Positions 42,845 through 52,563 of a DNA stretch of 64,000 nt are shown here, piece by piece. The DNA lies in assembly GCA_904373255.1 (NCBI GenBank), contig CAJFFD010000006.1, forward strand, positions 10,073-74,072, in the 5' to 3' direction. The number at the start of each line of letters is the position of its first letter. The stretch's first letter is position 1. The position numbers were made by a program, and so were the translations under genes. The notes under the pieces were generated by a model, which worked only from the letters and a program-made list of their open reading frames with translations, was not told where the DNA came from and did not search any database. This DNA comes from an uncultured Clostridia bacterium (GTDB lineage: Bacteria > Bacillota > Clostridia > Christensenellales > Borkfalkiaceae).

Positions 42845-44038
42845 TCAGAGTTTGTCGTCTCCCATTACGGGCAGAAGCTGTTCTTTTTCCGGCGCTTTGC
42901 AGCAGAGCCTGTAAACATGTCCGGCGAGAAGATCTTTCCGGTACGCTTCGGCTGCAGCTCCTTTGAGAGATTTGATTTCGTTTTGCCTTGCAAGAATGGG
43001 GAATTTGCTCCTGCCGAATTCGCGGAGCAGTTCTTCGGCGCGGCTTTTACGAAGAGCCAATATTTTCAGATAGAGAGGTTCTTCCAGCGCCGCGCGCACA
43101 AGCGAGGCGCCGATGCCCAGCACGGCGGACGCAAGGATACGGCGTATGCGCGAGGAGATGTACCGTTTTGTCGTCACCGCGCCGATCAGAGAGTCAAAGC
43201 CGTCAGCTTCTCTTGCGCAGGACTTGATGCGGTTTTCCAGTCCCTCCGTGCAGTCGATAATTCGGGAAAGCATATCTGCGTCTGCCGTCAGTGCCGTCAG
43301 ATGTGCAAATTTTTTGAAAATCGCATCATCCGCAAAATATTGCAGGTCATTGAGCACATAAGGGGGGACGCACGGAGCGATGCTTTCCTGCTGACCGCTG
43401 CGCACGGCGGCGCGTATCGCCGAAGCGGAAGCGATGTTCCCTCGAGGCAGAGCGTCCGTATGCGCCGCGCCTTTCCGAAGGATCGGCAAAATATTTGCGC
43501 GACATTCATAAAAATCGAGAGATTTTTTATATTCGGTTCCCAGAATATTGTTCGGCGAACGCAGAAACGCGGCAAGGTCTGCCCGTCCCGTTTGCATGAG
43601 CGCTTCGGTGCGTGCGCGCGTAAGGCTGACGCCCGCCCGCAACTGTCCGCGCAGGGCGGCGCGGTGTTGCTCCGGTTCTGCCGCCGTTATCCGCGCGGCT
43701 TCATGCAACAGTGTTTTGCTGTCCGTTTCGCAGCCGAAAGCGAGCGCTTCAAATGCGGGAATGGAGGAAAGAATTTTAACGGCTCCCCGAGCAAAGATTT
43801 CGGCGGGTGAAAGCGCGAAAACGGCGGGAAGCTCGAGAACGGCGTCGGCTCCGGCTAAAAGTGCGTGCCGCGCGCGGGTATATTTGCCGAGAAGGGCGAT
43901 TTCGCCGCGCTGGGTAAAGTTTCCGCTCATGACACAGACGACGGCGTCGCAGTCACTCTCTTTTTTTGCCCGTTCGATGAGGTAGGCATGCCCGTTATGG
44001 AAGGGATTATATTCGCAAATTATACCGCAAATTTTCAT
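42845..44038 (-). CDS. tmcAL: tRNA(Met) cytidine acetate ligase (YlbM family)
   Basis: GIICEYNPFHNGH, MSGNFTQRGE, SPNNILG, ASASAIR; divergent from rpmF. Confidence 0.9.
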   Translation of the reverse strand: MKICGIICEYNPFHNGHAYLIERAKKESDCDAVVCVMSGNFTQRGEIALLGKYTRARHALLAGADAVLELPAVFALSPAEIFARGAVKILSSIPAFEALAFGCETDSKTLLHEAARITAAEPEQHRAALRGQLRAGVSLTRARTEALMQTGRADLAAFLRSPNNILGTEYKKSLDFYECRANILPILRKGAAHTDALPRGNIASASAIRAAVRSGQQESIAPCVPPYVLNDLQYFADDAIFKKFAHLTALTADADMLSRIIDCTEGLENRIKSCAREADGFDSLIGAVTTKRYISSRIRRILASAVLGIGASLVRAALEEPLYLKILALRKSRAEELLREFGRSKFPILARQNEIKSLKGAAAEAYRKDLLAGHVYRLCCKAPEKEQLLPVMGDDKL

Positions 44039-44279
44039 TTCAGACTTCAGAAAACCTTTACTTTTTTTGTCGGATATATTATAATGATAGCAGTTATCGC
44101 GTGCGTAGTTTTGCGCAAAGCTCTTTGATTATACACTGTTTCCGTAAAAAAAGAAAGCGTTTGCAGGGGCTCGGTCGGGCTGTATAGCGTCAAAAAGAGG
44201 AAGATTCGGGCAGGTGCTTAAGAAGCACGGCAATTTTTGTAAACTTTTTTAATTCGGCTCAATTTGCCGAAAAAATAAG

Positions 44280-44308
44280 TTGACAAAAATTTGCGGATAG
44301 TATATAAT
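44280..44308 (+). promoter_or_regulatory. Consensus sigma-A promoter of rpmF
   Basis: TTGACA-17 nt-TATAAT. Confidence 0.85.
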
Positions 44309-44358
44309 CGAAAAGTCTAAAACGATATTTCACGGAAATATAGAAAAGAGGTGTAAAA

Positions 44359-44544
44359 ATGGCGGTACCCAAGTCGAAACAATCCAAGCAGAGAACGAAT
44401 ACGAGATATGCAAACTTCAAGGCAGCGGCTCCCTCGCTCGTCGAGTGCCCGCATTGCCATGAACTTAAACAGCCGCATAAGGCTTGCCCGAAGTGCGGGT
44501 TCTACAAGGATAAGGAAGTTATCAAGGTAGAAGAGAGCAAATAA
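44359..44544 (+). CDS. rpmF: 50S ribosomal protein bL32 (zinc-ribbon form)
   Basis: MAVPKSKQSK; CPHC and CPKCGFYK. Confidence 0.97.
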   Translation: MAVPKSKQSKQRTNTRYANFKAAAPSLVECPHCHELKQPHKACPKCGFYKDKEVIKVEESK

Positions 44545-44601
44545 CGAATATTTTAAAATGACGTCAGATTTACAGTCTGACGTCATTTTTCGTATGTCGG
44601 T

Positions 44602-45396
44602 TTACCATTCGTTGGGGAAGGGCGGGTTTTCTTCGCGCCACCAATCTTCATAATAGAGGGTATAATCGGAGAGCAGGCGGTTGAGATTCTGCTCCATATG
44701 CAGCCGCGTCTGCGCGGTAAAGGCGGAAACGAACGCCGCGCATGTTTCGGGGTTGACATCCTGCAAAAATTTTGCGCCGAGCTGCAGTATATCGGCGGGG
44801 CGGTGCGGGCAGGAAGCCACCGCGTTCTCCAGCCTGCGGTTGCAGGGGAACAGCACGCGGTTCTCCGCCAAAATGAGGCGGTACACGCTGTACACGATCT
44901 CCTGGGCAAGGTGCGCGCGCATATAGGCGTTGCTCTCGGGCACGCAGTTCAGAAAATAATTTTGGTTGAGCGCCAGGTTTGCCTGAAAGCACCGTATCTT
45001 CGCCTCCCGCTCGCGCTCGGGGTATGCCGCAATCTTTTCGACGAGCGGCGCGATCTCCTCGTCCGCCGAATACACGACCTGCGCCTTCACATAGGCGTTG
45101 CGCGTCGGTTCGCTCGCCCGCTCCGCCGCCTCCCGCAAGAGCGCCTTCGTCTTGTATTTGATGTCAAAGTAGCCGCCCTCGTAGGTGCAGCAGCCGCCTA
45201 TGACCTCCGTCATGCGGTTTTCCCTTTTCAGTTCGGCGAATTTTTCCTCGGTGACGACGACGATCGCGTCGATGTCCGAATCCGGCCGTGCATTTCCCTT
45301 GACGACGGAACCGTCCAGCACGATGGCGATTATGCCCTCCCAATCCCGATAATATTCTTTCAGCCTTTCAATCGAATCGATGTGGTGTTGATACAT
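44602..45396 (-). CDS. Pol-beta-type nucleotidyltransferase domain protein
   Basis: GSVVKGNARPDSDID motif; GGAGG RBS before ATG 45396; helical C-terminal domain. Confidence 0.85.
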   Translation of the reverse strand: MYQHHIDSIERLKEYYRDWEGIIAIVLDGSVVKGNARPDSDIDAIVVVTEEKFAELKRENRMTEVIGGCCTYEGGYFDIKYKTKALLREAAERASEPTRNAYVKAQVVYSADEEIAPLVEKIAAYPEREREAKIRCFQANLALNQNYFLNCVPESNAYMRAHLAQEIVYSVYRLILAENRVLFPCNRRLENAVASCPHRPADILQLGAKFLQDVNPETCAAFVSAFTAQTRLHMEQNLNRLLSDYTLYYEDWWREENPPFPNEW

Positions 45397-45485
45397 ACCT
45401 TCCTCCGTTGCAGCTATTATACCATGGGATGCGCCGCAGGGCAAGCGAAAACAAATTTTTCTCGGTATTCCGTTCGGGGAATTTC

Positions 45486-45514
45486 TTGACAGTGCGCGGC
45501 GGGTATATTATAAT
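45486..45514 (+). promoter_or_regulatory. Consensus sigma-A promoter of copA
   Basis: TTGACA-17 nt-TATAAT. Confidence 0.8.
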
Positions 45515-45551
45515 AATTGCAACTATTCGGGTAGAGATTCGGTGGGGTTTT

Positions 45552-48068
45552 ATGGAACAGCATTTCAAAGTGACGGGCATGACGTGCGCCGCCTGCTCGG
45601 CGGGCATTCAGAAGACCGTCGGGAAAATGAAGGGCGTGAACAGGGCGGAGGTCAGCCTGATGGGCGAGAGCATGGCGGTGGATTTTGACGAAAACACCGT
45701 TTCCGCGGAGCAGATCATCGCGGCGGTCGAGAGCCTCGGCTACGGCGCGAGTATCGACGACGGGAGCGCGCTTCCCAAGCCGCAGGAAAACGCAGCGGAG
45801 AAGAGCGAGTCAGGTTTTGCCGCGGCGGCGAAAAATCTGAAAACGCGCTTTCTGGTGTCCCTTTGCTTTTTAGTGCCGCTTATGTATTTCACGATGGGGC
45901 ACATGTTCGGCGCGCCGCTGCCGTATTTTTGGAATCCGCACACCAGCGCAATGAACTTTGCCCTGGTGCAGCTGGTTCTCACCACGCCCGTTTTATTTAT
46001 CAATATCGCCTTTTTTAAGAGCGGAATCAAAGCGGCGTTCAAGCGTGTCCCCAATATGGATACGCTCGTCAGCCTCGGCTCGGCGGCATCTTACCTATAT
46101 AGCCTCGTCGTCATGTTTATCATCGGCGTGTCGGACGGCGAACGGGCGGCAGACCTTGCGATGAACAACCTGTTTTTCGAGTCCGCCGCAATGATTCTGA
46201 CCCTCGTCACGCTCGGCAAGTGGCTGGAGGCGCGCTCCAAGAAAAAGACGGGCGAAGAGGTGGAAAAGCTCTTGAAACTCGCGCCCGATACGGTCACTGT
46301 GGAGCGGAACGGCGAGCAGACCGTCATTCCGATGCGCGAGATGCGCGTGGGCGACATCGTCGTCGTCAAGCAGGGGGACAGTGTCCCCGCGGACGGGCAG
46401 GTCGTATTCGGCAGCTCCTTTGTCGATAAGTCGGCGATCACGGGCGAAAGCCTTCCCGTCGAAATCGGCGTGGGGGATACCGTCACCAGCGCGACGGTCA
46501 ACAAGGGCAACATCATAAAAATCCGCGCGGAAAAGGTCGGGGAAGACACTGTCCTTTCCAAAATCATCAAGCTCGTCAAAAACGCGGGCGCGTCCAAGGC
46601 GCCCATCGAAAAGACGGTGGATAAAATTGCGGCGGTCTTTGTGCCCGTCGTCCTGCTCATCGCGCTCGTTACGCTCATCGTGTGGATCATCGTCGGCGCG
46701 GTCGGCGGCGACGTGCAGATCTCCCGCGCATTGAACATGGCAATCAGCGTACTCGTCATCTCCTGCCCGTGCGCACTCGGGCTGGCGACGCCCGTGGCTG
46801 TCATGGCGGCAACGGGTCGCGGCGCGGCGATGGGCATTCTATTCAAGGACGCCGAGGCGCTGCAAAAGGCGTGCGGCATCAAAAACGTCCTGTTGGATAA
46901 GACGGCGACCCTTACCGAGGGCAAGCCGCGCGTTACGGACGTGCTCTTATTCAACGGCTTTGACAGAAATGCGGCGCTCGCCGTGGCGGGCGGCATCGAG
47001 CTCAATTCCAACCATCCGCTCGCGGAGTGCATCGTCGGGCAGGCGAAGGAAGAGAAAATCTCCTTCGAACAGGTGACGGATTTTACCTATAAGAGCGGTG
47101 CGGGCGCCTCCGCCGTGTGTGCGCAGGGCGCCTGCCGCATCGGCAACCGAAAGCTGATGGAGGAAAACGGCGTCGATTTGTCGGAATGCGCCGCGGAGGC
47201 GGAAAAGCTTTCGGCGCAGGGCAAAACGGTGCTGTATCTCTCCGTCGGGGAGAAGATCGCCGCCCTCATCGCCGTAGCAGATACGCTCAAAGAGGGCAGC
47301 CGCGAGGCTGTGGAGATGCTCAAGGCGGAGGGGATACGCCCCGCGATGCTCACGGGCGACGCGGCGGGCGCCGCGCAGGCAATCGCCGCCGAGGTCGGCA
47401 TTTCCGACGTGTATTCGGAGGTTCTGCCCGAGGATAAGCTGAACATCGTCATTGCCAACAAAAAGACGGGCATGACCGCGATGGTCGGCGACGGCATCAA
47501 CGATTCGCCCGCGCTGAAAGAGGCGGACGTCGGCATCGCCATGGGCAACGGGACGGACGTCGCCATCGACTCGGCGGACGTGGTGCTCGTCGGGGGCGAC
47601 CTGCGCGCGCTGGGCAGTGCCGTGGGGTTGAGCCGCGCGACGGTGCGCAACATCCGCGAAAACCTGTTCTGGGCGTTTATTTACAACGTCATCGGCATTC
47701 CCATCGCCGCGGGCGCGCTGTATGCGATCGGCATCACGCTCAATCCGATGATCGGCGCGGCGGCGATGAGTTTGAGTTCGATATTCGTGGTCGGGAACGC
47801 ACTCCGCTTGATGCGCTTCCGCCCGAAACATAAAGTCAACGCCCCTGCGGGCAAAGGAGAGGAAAAGATGCAAAAAATTCTCATGATCGACGGAATGAGC
47901 TGCGGGCATTGCAGCGCGCGCGTGGAGAACGCGCTCAACGCCATCGAGGGCGTCAAGGCGACGGTCGAGCTGAAAAAGAAGCGCGCAATCGTCGAAACGG
48001 ACGTCGCGGACGAGGTTCTCGTCAAGGCGGTCGAAGACGCGGGCTATAAGGTCGTAAAAATTAAGTAG
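45552..48068 (+). CDS. copA: Cu(I)-translocating P1B-type ATPase with N- and C-terminal HMA domains
   Basis: GMTCAAC, TGES, CPCALGLATP, HP, GDGINDSPAL, YN and MxxSS; C-terminal GMSCGHC. Confidence 0.93.
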   Translation: MEQHFKVTGMTCAACSAGIQKTVGKMKGVNRAEVSLMGESMAVDFDENTVSAEQIIAAVESLGYGASIDDGSALPKPQENAAEKSESGFAAAAKNLKTRFLVSLCFLVPLMYFTMGHMFGAPLPYFWNPHTSAMNFALVQLVLTTPVLFINIAFFKSGIKAAFKRVPNMDTLVSLGSAASYLYSLVVMFIIGVSDGERAADLAMNNLFFESAAMILTLVTLGKWLEARSKKKTGEEVEKLLKLAPDTVTVERNGEQTVIPMREMRVGDIVVVKQGDSVPADGQVVFGSSFVDKSAITGESLPVEIGVGDTVTSATVNKGNIIKIRAEKVGEDTVLSKIIKLVKNAGASKAPIEKTVDKIAAVFVPVVLLIALVTLIVWIIVGAVGGDVQISRALNMAISVLVISCPCALGLATPVAVMAATGRGAAMGILFKDAEALQKACGIKNVLLDKTATLTEGKPRVTDVLLFNGFDRNAALAVAGGIELNSNHPLAECIVGQAKEEKISFEQVTDFTYKSGAGASAVCAQGACRIGNRKLMEENGVDLSECAAEAEKLSAQGKTVLYLSVGEKIAALIAVADTLKEGSREAVEMLKAEGIRPAMLTGDAAGAAQAIAAEVGISDVYSEVLPEDKLNIVIANKKTGMTAMVGDGINDSPALKEADVGIAMGNGTDVAIDSADVVLVGGDLRALGSAVGLSRATVRNIRENLFWAFIYNVIGIPIAAGALYAIGITLNPMIGAAAMSLSSIFVVGNALRLMRFRPKHKVNAPAGKGEEKMQKILMIDGMSCGHCSARVENALNAIEGVKATVELKKKRAIVETDVADEVLVKAVEDAGYKVVKIK

Positions 48069-48070
48069 TA

Positions 48071-48106
48071 AAAGAAATCCCCGCTCATGCAAGCGGGGAT
48101 TTCTTT
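48071..48106. terminator. Bidirectional terminator between copA and the small Cys-rich ORF
   Basis: AAAGAAATCCCCGCT/AGCGGGGATTTCTTT. Confidence 0.85.
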
Positions 48107-48122
48107 GCGAAAAGGGTTGCTT

Positions 48123-48302
48123 CTAATTGCCGCAGCAGTTGTTGCTGCAGCAGTTGCAGGAGTTGCCGTTGTTCGCGGTCAGGAAAGAAAAGTTCCGGCA
48201 GGCGATCATCCCGAGGAAGCAGAGCAGTTCGCAGTTGCTGAAGCAACCGCTTCTCTTGAGTAAGTACAGAAGTGCAAGCCATAAAATGCAGTCCTGATTC
48301 AC
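48123..48302 (-). CDS. Small Cys/Asn-rich protein (59 aa, 10 Cys)
   Basis: AAAGGAGG RBS 7 nt before GTG; MNQDCILWLALLYLLKRSGCFSNCELLCFLGMIACRNFSFLTANNGNSCNCCSNNCCGN; terminator just downstream. Confidence 0.75.
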   Translation of the reverse strand: MNQDCILWLALLYLLKRSGCFSNCELLCFLGMIACRNFSFLTANNGNSCNCCSNNCCGN

Positions 48303-48360
48303 TGAAAAACCTCCTTTCGACAAAATATGGCAAAAGAACAGGGAAAGCGATCATCTTTGC

Positions 48361-48402
48361 GATATGCGCATATTGACATATCAGCCGCTGAAGTTATACA
48401 AT
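48361..48402 (+). promoter_or_regulatory. Promoter of the ArsR gene with overlapping candidate operator
   Basis: TTGACA(48373)-18 nt-TACAAT; inverted repeat GATATG-N10-CATATC at 48361-48382. Confidence 0.6.
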
Positions 48403-48433
48403 GAAAGTACACAAAAAAGTACGGGAGGCGGAT

Positions 48434-48781
48434 ATGGAAGCAGAAGCGGATACGCTGTTGCTGGACAGGCGCACGCAGTCGTTGGTGGAAAATTATGTCC
48501 CCGAGGGCGAGATTTTGGAGGGTATCGTCAGCTTTTTTTCGGTGTTTGCAGACAGTACGCGGGTGCGCATCCTGTCGGCGCTCGCAATAACCGAAATGTG
48601 CGTCACAGACATTTCGCGCGTGCTCGACATCAACCAGACGACCGTTTCGCACCAGCTGCGGTTTCTGAAAAACATCGGCATCGTCAAGTGCAGCCGGTTC
48701 GGCAAGGTTATCTTTTACAGCCTGAAAAACGATACCGTAAACGATGTACTGCTCAAAGGCGTCGAGTTTTTGGGTTATTGA
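48434..48781 (+). CDS. ArsR/SmtB family transcriptional regulator
   Basis: FADSTRVRIL, EMCVTDI, QTTVSHQLRFL, RFGKVIFYSL. Confidence 0.92.
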   Translation: MEAEADTLLLDRRTQSLVENYVPEGEILEGIVSFFSVFADSTRVRILSALAITEMCVTDISRVLDINQTTVSHQLRFLKNIGIVKCSRFGKVIFYSLKNDTVNDVLLKGVEFLGY

Positions 48782-48879
48782 GCAAAAAAAGAGCGACGGG
48801 CAAGTTGCTCTTTTTTATTGCAAATTGCGCCGAGGTATTGTATAATAGAGGAAGCAAATTTGTCGATTCAATACAGTAT

Positions 48880-50685
48880 ATGAATGAAATACAGGAAAAG
48901 TTAAAACTTTTGCCGGACGACCCCGGCGTCTATATCATGCTCGACAAGGACGGCAACGTCATCTATGTCGGCAAGGCGCGCGTGCTGAAAAACCGCGTGC
49001 GGCAGTACTTTCATTCCACGCTGAAGACGGAAAAGGTCGCGGCGATGGTTTCCAACATCGCGGACTTTTACTACATTATCACCAAGTCGGAGATCGACGC
49101 GCTTTCCCTCGAAAACAACCTCATCAAAAAGTACAAGCCGAAATACAATATTCTGCTCAAGGACGACAAGACGTATCCCTACATCAAGGTTTCCGTCACC
49201 GAACAGTATCCGACCTTCACCGTTTCGCGCAAGCTGAAAAAAGGGAGCAAGTATTTCGGGCCGTATATGGGCGGGGTGCGCGTGTCCGATGTATTGGAAA
49301 TCGTCAACATCGCCTTCGGGGTGCGCACCTGTACGACGGCGATCGGGGCAAAGCCGAAAAAGCCCTGCCTGAATTACCACATTCACCGCTGCCCCGCGCC
49401 CTGCGCGCATTATATTACCCCCGAGGAGTACAACGAGCGTGTCAAGGCGGCGATGCGCTTTTTGGACGGCGACGACAGCGGCGTCGAAAATTTGCTGCGC
49501 GAGAAAATGGCGCAGTATGCGGGGGCGGAGGAGTTCGAACTCGCGCTCGACTGCCGCAACAAGCTGGAGATGCTCTCCAAAATCGCTTTGAAGCGCATCA
49601 CGGCGCTCAACCGCGACATCAATGCCGACGTCGTCGCGTACGTCAGCAACAATATGTATGCGGCGGTCAACGTGCTCATCACCCGCCGCGGCATCATGCA
49701 GGGGGCGAGTACCTTCGCACTCGAAAACGCGCAGTCGGACGGCGACGCGCTCACGTCCTTTCTGTCGCAGTACTATTCCCGCCATCAGATCCCCGACGAG
49801 CTCATCGTGCAGGATTTCTGCGAGAGCGCGCTGTTGGAAGAATTTTTCCGAACCACATATAATAAGAACGTCACCGTTCTCACGCCCAAGCAGGGGGTGC
49901 GCAGGCAGCTTTTGGACATGGCGGAGAGCAATGCAACCGAATACCTCGAAAAGTCGATCGATAAAATACGGCATAAAGAGGACATGACGGTCAACGCCTG
50001 CAAGCGCTTGCAGGAGATCTTGGGGCTTTCCCGCTACCCCCGCCGCATGGAGTGCTACGATATATCCAACATCAGCGGCGTGGACAAGGTCGGTTCGATG
50101 GTCGTGTTCATCGACGGCGAGGCGGATCGCTCGAGCTATCGGCGCTTCCGTATCAAAACGGTGGAGGGAGCGAACGACTTCGCGAGTTTGCAGGAGGTGC
50201 TCACCCGCCGCCTTGCCAAGCTGGGAACGGAGGAAGAGGAAAATTTCCCCAAACCCGACCTCGTCATTATCGACGGCGGCAAGGGGCAGCTGTCCGCGGT
50301 CAAGGAAATTTTCGACCGCACGGGCGTCGAAAACATTGACCTCATTTCCCTTGCCAAGCGTGAGGAAGAGATATTCACCTTAAACGCAAAGGACAGTATC
50401 CTTTTGGATAAGAGGGATTACTGCCTGCAGATGCTCCAGCGCATCCGCGACGAGGCGCACCGCTTTGCGATCACCTTTTTCCGCAATATCCACAGCAAGC
50501 GTTCGCTCACTTCGCTGCTGGCGGAGATACCGGGCGTGGGCAAGATCAAGCGCCGCGCGCTGTTGGAAAAATTCGGCAGCATCGACCGGATGATGCGCGC
50601 CGACATCAAGGAACTCGCCGCCGTAGACGGCATCGGAGAGAACCTTGCGAACGTCATAAAAAAATACTTCGAGGAAGAGCTTTAA
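48880..50685 (+). CDS. uvrC: Excinuclease ABC subunit C
   Basis: PGVY...IYVGKA (GIY-YIG), ECYDISN, PDLVIIDGGKGQ, RDEAHRFAI, C-terminal HhH. Confidence 0.97.
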   Translation: MNEIQEKLKLLPDDPGVYIMLDKDGNVIYVGKARVLKNRVRQYFHSTLKTEKVAAMVSNIADFYYIITKSEIDALSLENNLIKKYKPKYNILLKDDKTYPYIKVSVTEQYPTFTVSRKLKKGSKYFGPYMGGVRVSDVLEIVNIAFGVRTCTTAIGAKPKKPCLNYHIHRCPAPCAHYITPEEYNERVKAAMRFLDGDDSGVENLLREKMAQYAGAEEFELALDCRNKLEMLSKIALKRITALNRDINADVVAYVSNNMYAAVNVLITRRGIMQGASTFALENAQSDGDALTSFLSQYYSRHQIPDELIVQDFCESALLEEFFRTTYNKNVTVLTPKQGVRRQLLDMAESNATEYLEKSIDKIRHKEDMTVNACKRLQEILGLSRYPRRMECYDISNISGVDKVGSMVVFIDGEADRSSYRRFRIKTVEGANDFASLQEVLTRRLAKLGTEEEENFPKPDLVIIDGGKGQLSAVKEIFDRTGVENIDLISLAKREEEIFTLNAKDSILLDKRDYCLQMLQRIRDEAHRFAITFFRNIHSKRSLTSLLAEIPGVGKIKRRALLEKFGSIDRMMRADIKELAAVDGIGENLANVIKKYFEEEL

Positions 50686-51506
50686 TGAAGATGCAATACC
50701 GACTGATCGTGTCCGATTTCGACGGCACGCTTCGCCGCACGGAGGGCGGTATTTCGGATGGGAACATCCGTGCGATCTCCGAATATGTGGAAGCGGGCGG
50801 AGTGTTCGCCCTTTGCACGGGGCGCATGGCATCGTCCATCCGCCCGTACGCGAAGGAACTCGGCTTAAAGGGGCTGCTCGCCGCGTATCAGGGCGCGATC
50901 ATCGAGGATATCGAGAGCGGGAAGACGGTGCGCGACATGCGCATCCCTTGCGAAAAAGCGGCGGAGATCTGCCGCCGGCTGGAAAGCAGAGACTATCATA
51001 TTCACGTTTACGACGGCGACAAGTTCTGGTCGAATAAGGCAGACGGGTTGCTGCGCGAATATGAGCGCATCTGCGGCGTAAAGGCGGAGATAGCGCCGGA
51101 TATTACCGGAACGGTTGCAAGGGAGCGTATCCGTCCGCATAAAGTTTTGGTCATGTGTCCGCCCGAGGAGCGCGATAAGGCATATGCTTTCGCAAAAAAA
51201 GAGTTCGGCGGGGAGCTGTATGTTACGACGAGCTCGGAGTTCCTGGTGGAAATCGTCCGCAAGGGGAGCGACAAGGGCGGTGCGCTTGAATATCTGTCGG
51301 AGCATTACGGTATCCCGCTTTCGCAGTCGGTTGCCATCGGCGACAATATCAACGATCTGCCGATGATCCGCAAAGCGGGGCTCGGCGTTGCCGTGGAGAA
51401 CGGCGAAAAAGAATTGAAAGAGGCGGCGGGGTTCATTACCCGTACCTGTGACGAAGACGGCGTCGCGTATGTTATTCGGAAATTCGGTTTGGGGGAGGAA
51501 TTATGA
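50685..51506 (+). CDS. Cof-type HAD phosphatase
   Basis: SDFDGTL, CTGR, DKG, IGDNINDLPMI. Confidence 0.92.
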   Translation: MKMQYRLIVSDFDGTLRRTEGGISDGNIRAISEYVEAGGVFALCTGRMASSIRPYAKELGLKGLLAAYQGAIIEDIESGKTVRDMRIPCEKAAEICRRLESRDYHIHVYDGDKFWSNKADGLLREYERICGVKAEIAPDITGTVARERIRPHKVLVMCPPEERDKAYAFAKKEFGGELYVTTSSEFLVEIVRKGSDKGGALEYLSEHYGIPLSQSVAIGDNINDLPMIRKAGLGVAVENGEKELKEAAGFITRTCDEDGVAYVIRKFGLGEEL

Positions 51507-52417
51507 ACGAACAGGAAACGGTTTTGCTCGACAGTTTTTGCGGCGATTTAGGTTTGGAAATCGTATTCGCGGGGAAAGGACGCGTTACGCTGTCCTCGTA
51601 CAGCGTCAGCCGTCCGGGACTTCAGCTTGCGGGTTTTTTCAAGTATTTCGATTCTTCCCGAATTTTGGTGCTTGGCAATTCCGAATATGAGTTCTTGCGC
51701 GATCTTCCGCAAAAGACCCGCCGCGAGCGCATCAAAAAGCTTTTGTCATATCACGATATACCTTGCATCATCCTCTCGCGCGATCTGCCGGTGTTGCAGG
51801 AACTGATCGAGGAGGCGCGCCTGACGGGCGTTCCCATTCTGCGCACCGACCGCATCACGACGGCGATCATGAACGACCTGTTTTTCTATCTGAACAAGAA
51901 ACTCGCTCCGCAGACTACGATGCACGGCGTTTTAATGGACGTTTCGGGCGTGGGCATTCTGCTCACGGGGCACAGCGGCGTCGGTAAGAGCGAAACGGCG
52001 ATGGAGCTGATCAAACGCGGACACAGGCTTGTTGCGGACGACAGTGTCATCATCAAAAAGGTCTCCGAGTCGCTCGTCGGAACTTCTCCCGAGATGATTC
52101 GCTATTTTATGGAGCTTCGCGGCATCGGTATCATCAATATCAAAAATATGTACGGTTCGGGATCGATCCTCAACGAAAAAGAGATCGAACTTGTCATGGA
52201 ACTGGAAAATTGGGAAGAGGGCAAAACGTACGACCGGCTGGGCGAGGGAACGCTGTATGAAACGATTTTGGGAGTGAAGGTGATGAAGCACGTTATTCCC
52301 GTCAAGCCGGGGCGCAACCTCTCCATCATCATCGAAGTTGCGGCGCGTAACTTCCGCCTGAAAAGCATGGGATACGACGCGGCGCAGGAACTTATCGGTC
52401 GCACGATCGGTCGTTAA
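51503..52417 (+). CDS. hprK: HPr kinase/phosphorylase
   Basis: RPGLQLAGF, HGVLMDV, GHSGVGKSE, GHRLVADD, ELRGIGII. Confidence 0.97.
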   Translation: MNEQETVLLDSFCGDLGLEIVFAGKGRVTLSSYSVSRPGLQLAGFFKYFDSSRILVLGNSEYEFLRDLPQKTRRERIKKLLSYHDIPCIILSRDLPVLQELIEEARLTGVPILRTDRITTAIMNDLFFYLNKKLAPQTTMHGVLMDVSGVGILLTGHSGVGKSETAMELIKRGHRLVADDSVIIKKVSESLVGTSPEMIRYFMELRGIGIINIKNMYGSGSILNEKEIELVMELENWEEGKTYDRLGEGTLYETILGVKVMKHVIPVKPGRNLSIIIEVAARNFRLKSMGYDAAQELIGRTIGR

Positions 52418-52437
52418 TACGGAAGATATCTGAATGC

Positions 52438-52480
52438 AAAGGGCGCCGCCCGAAGCCTCGGCTTCGGGCGGCGCTTTTTT
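52438..52480 (+). terminator. Intrinsic terminator after hprK
   Basis: GCGCCGCCCGAAGC/GCTTCGGGCGGCGC stem plus T6. Confidence 0.85.
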
Positions 52481-52563
52481 GTCCTGCCGGAAAATTGCCG
52501 CTGCCGGATGGATTTTCAAAATTTTTGTTTCTAACAGCGGCAAACGGGCAATATAATAGCTCT

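Noticed and set aside
42351-42914. ORFs over the pyk-tmcAL spacer
   Set aside because: The region is explained by RNase P RNA
45480-45551. CsoR or CopY operator upstream of copA
   Set aside because: Only a GGGTA half-site is visible; no convincing palindrome
48364-48879. 173-codon-scale N-terminal extension of UvrC in the ORF track
   Set aside because: It overlaps the ArsR gene in another frame; UvrC homology begins at ATG 48880
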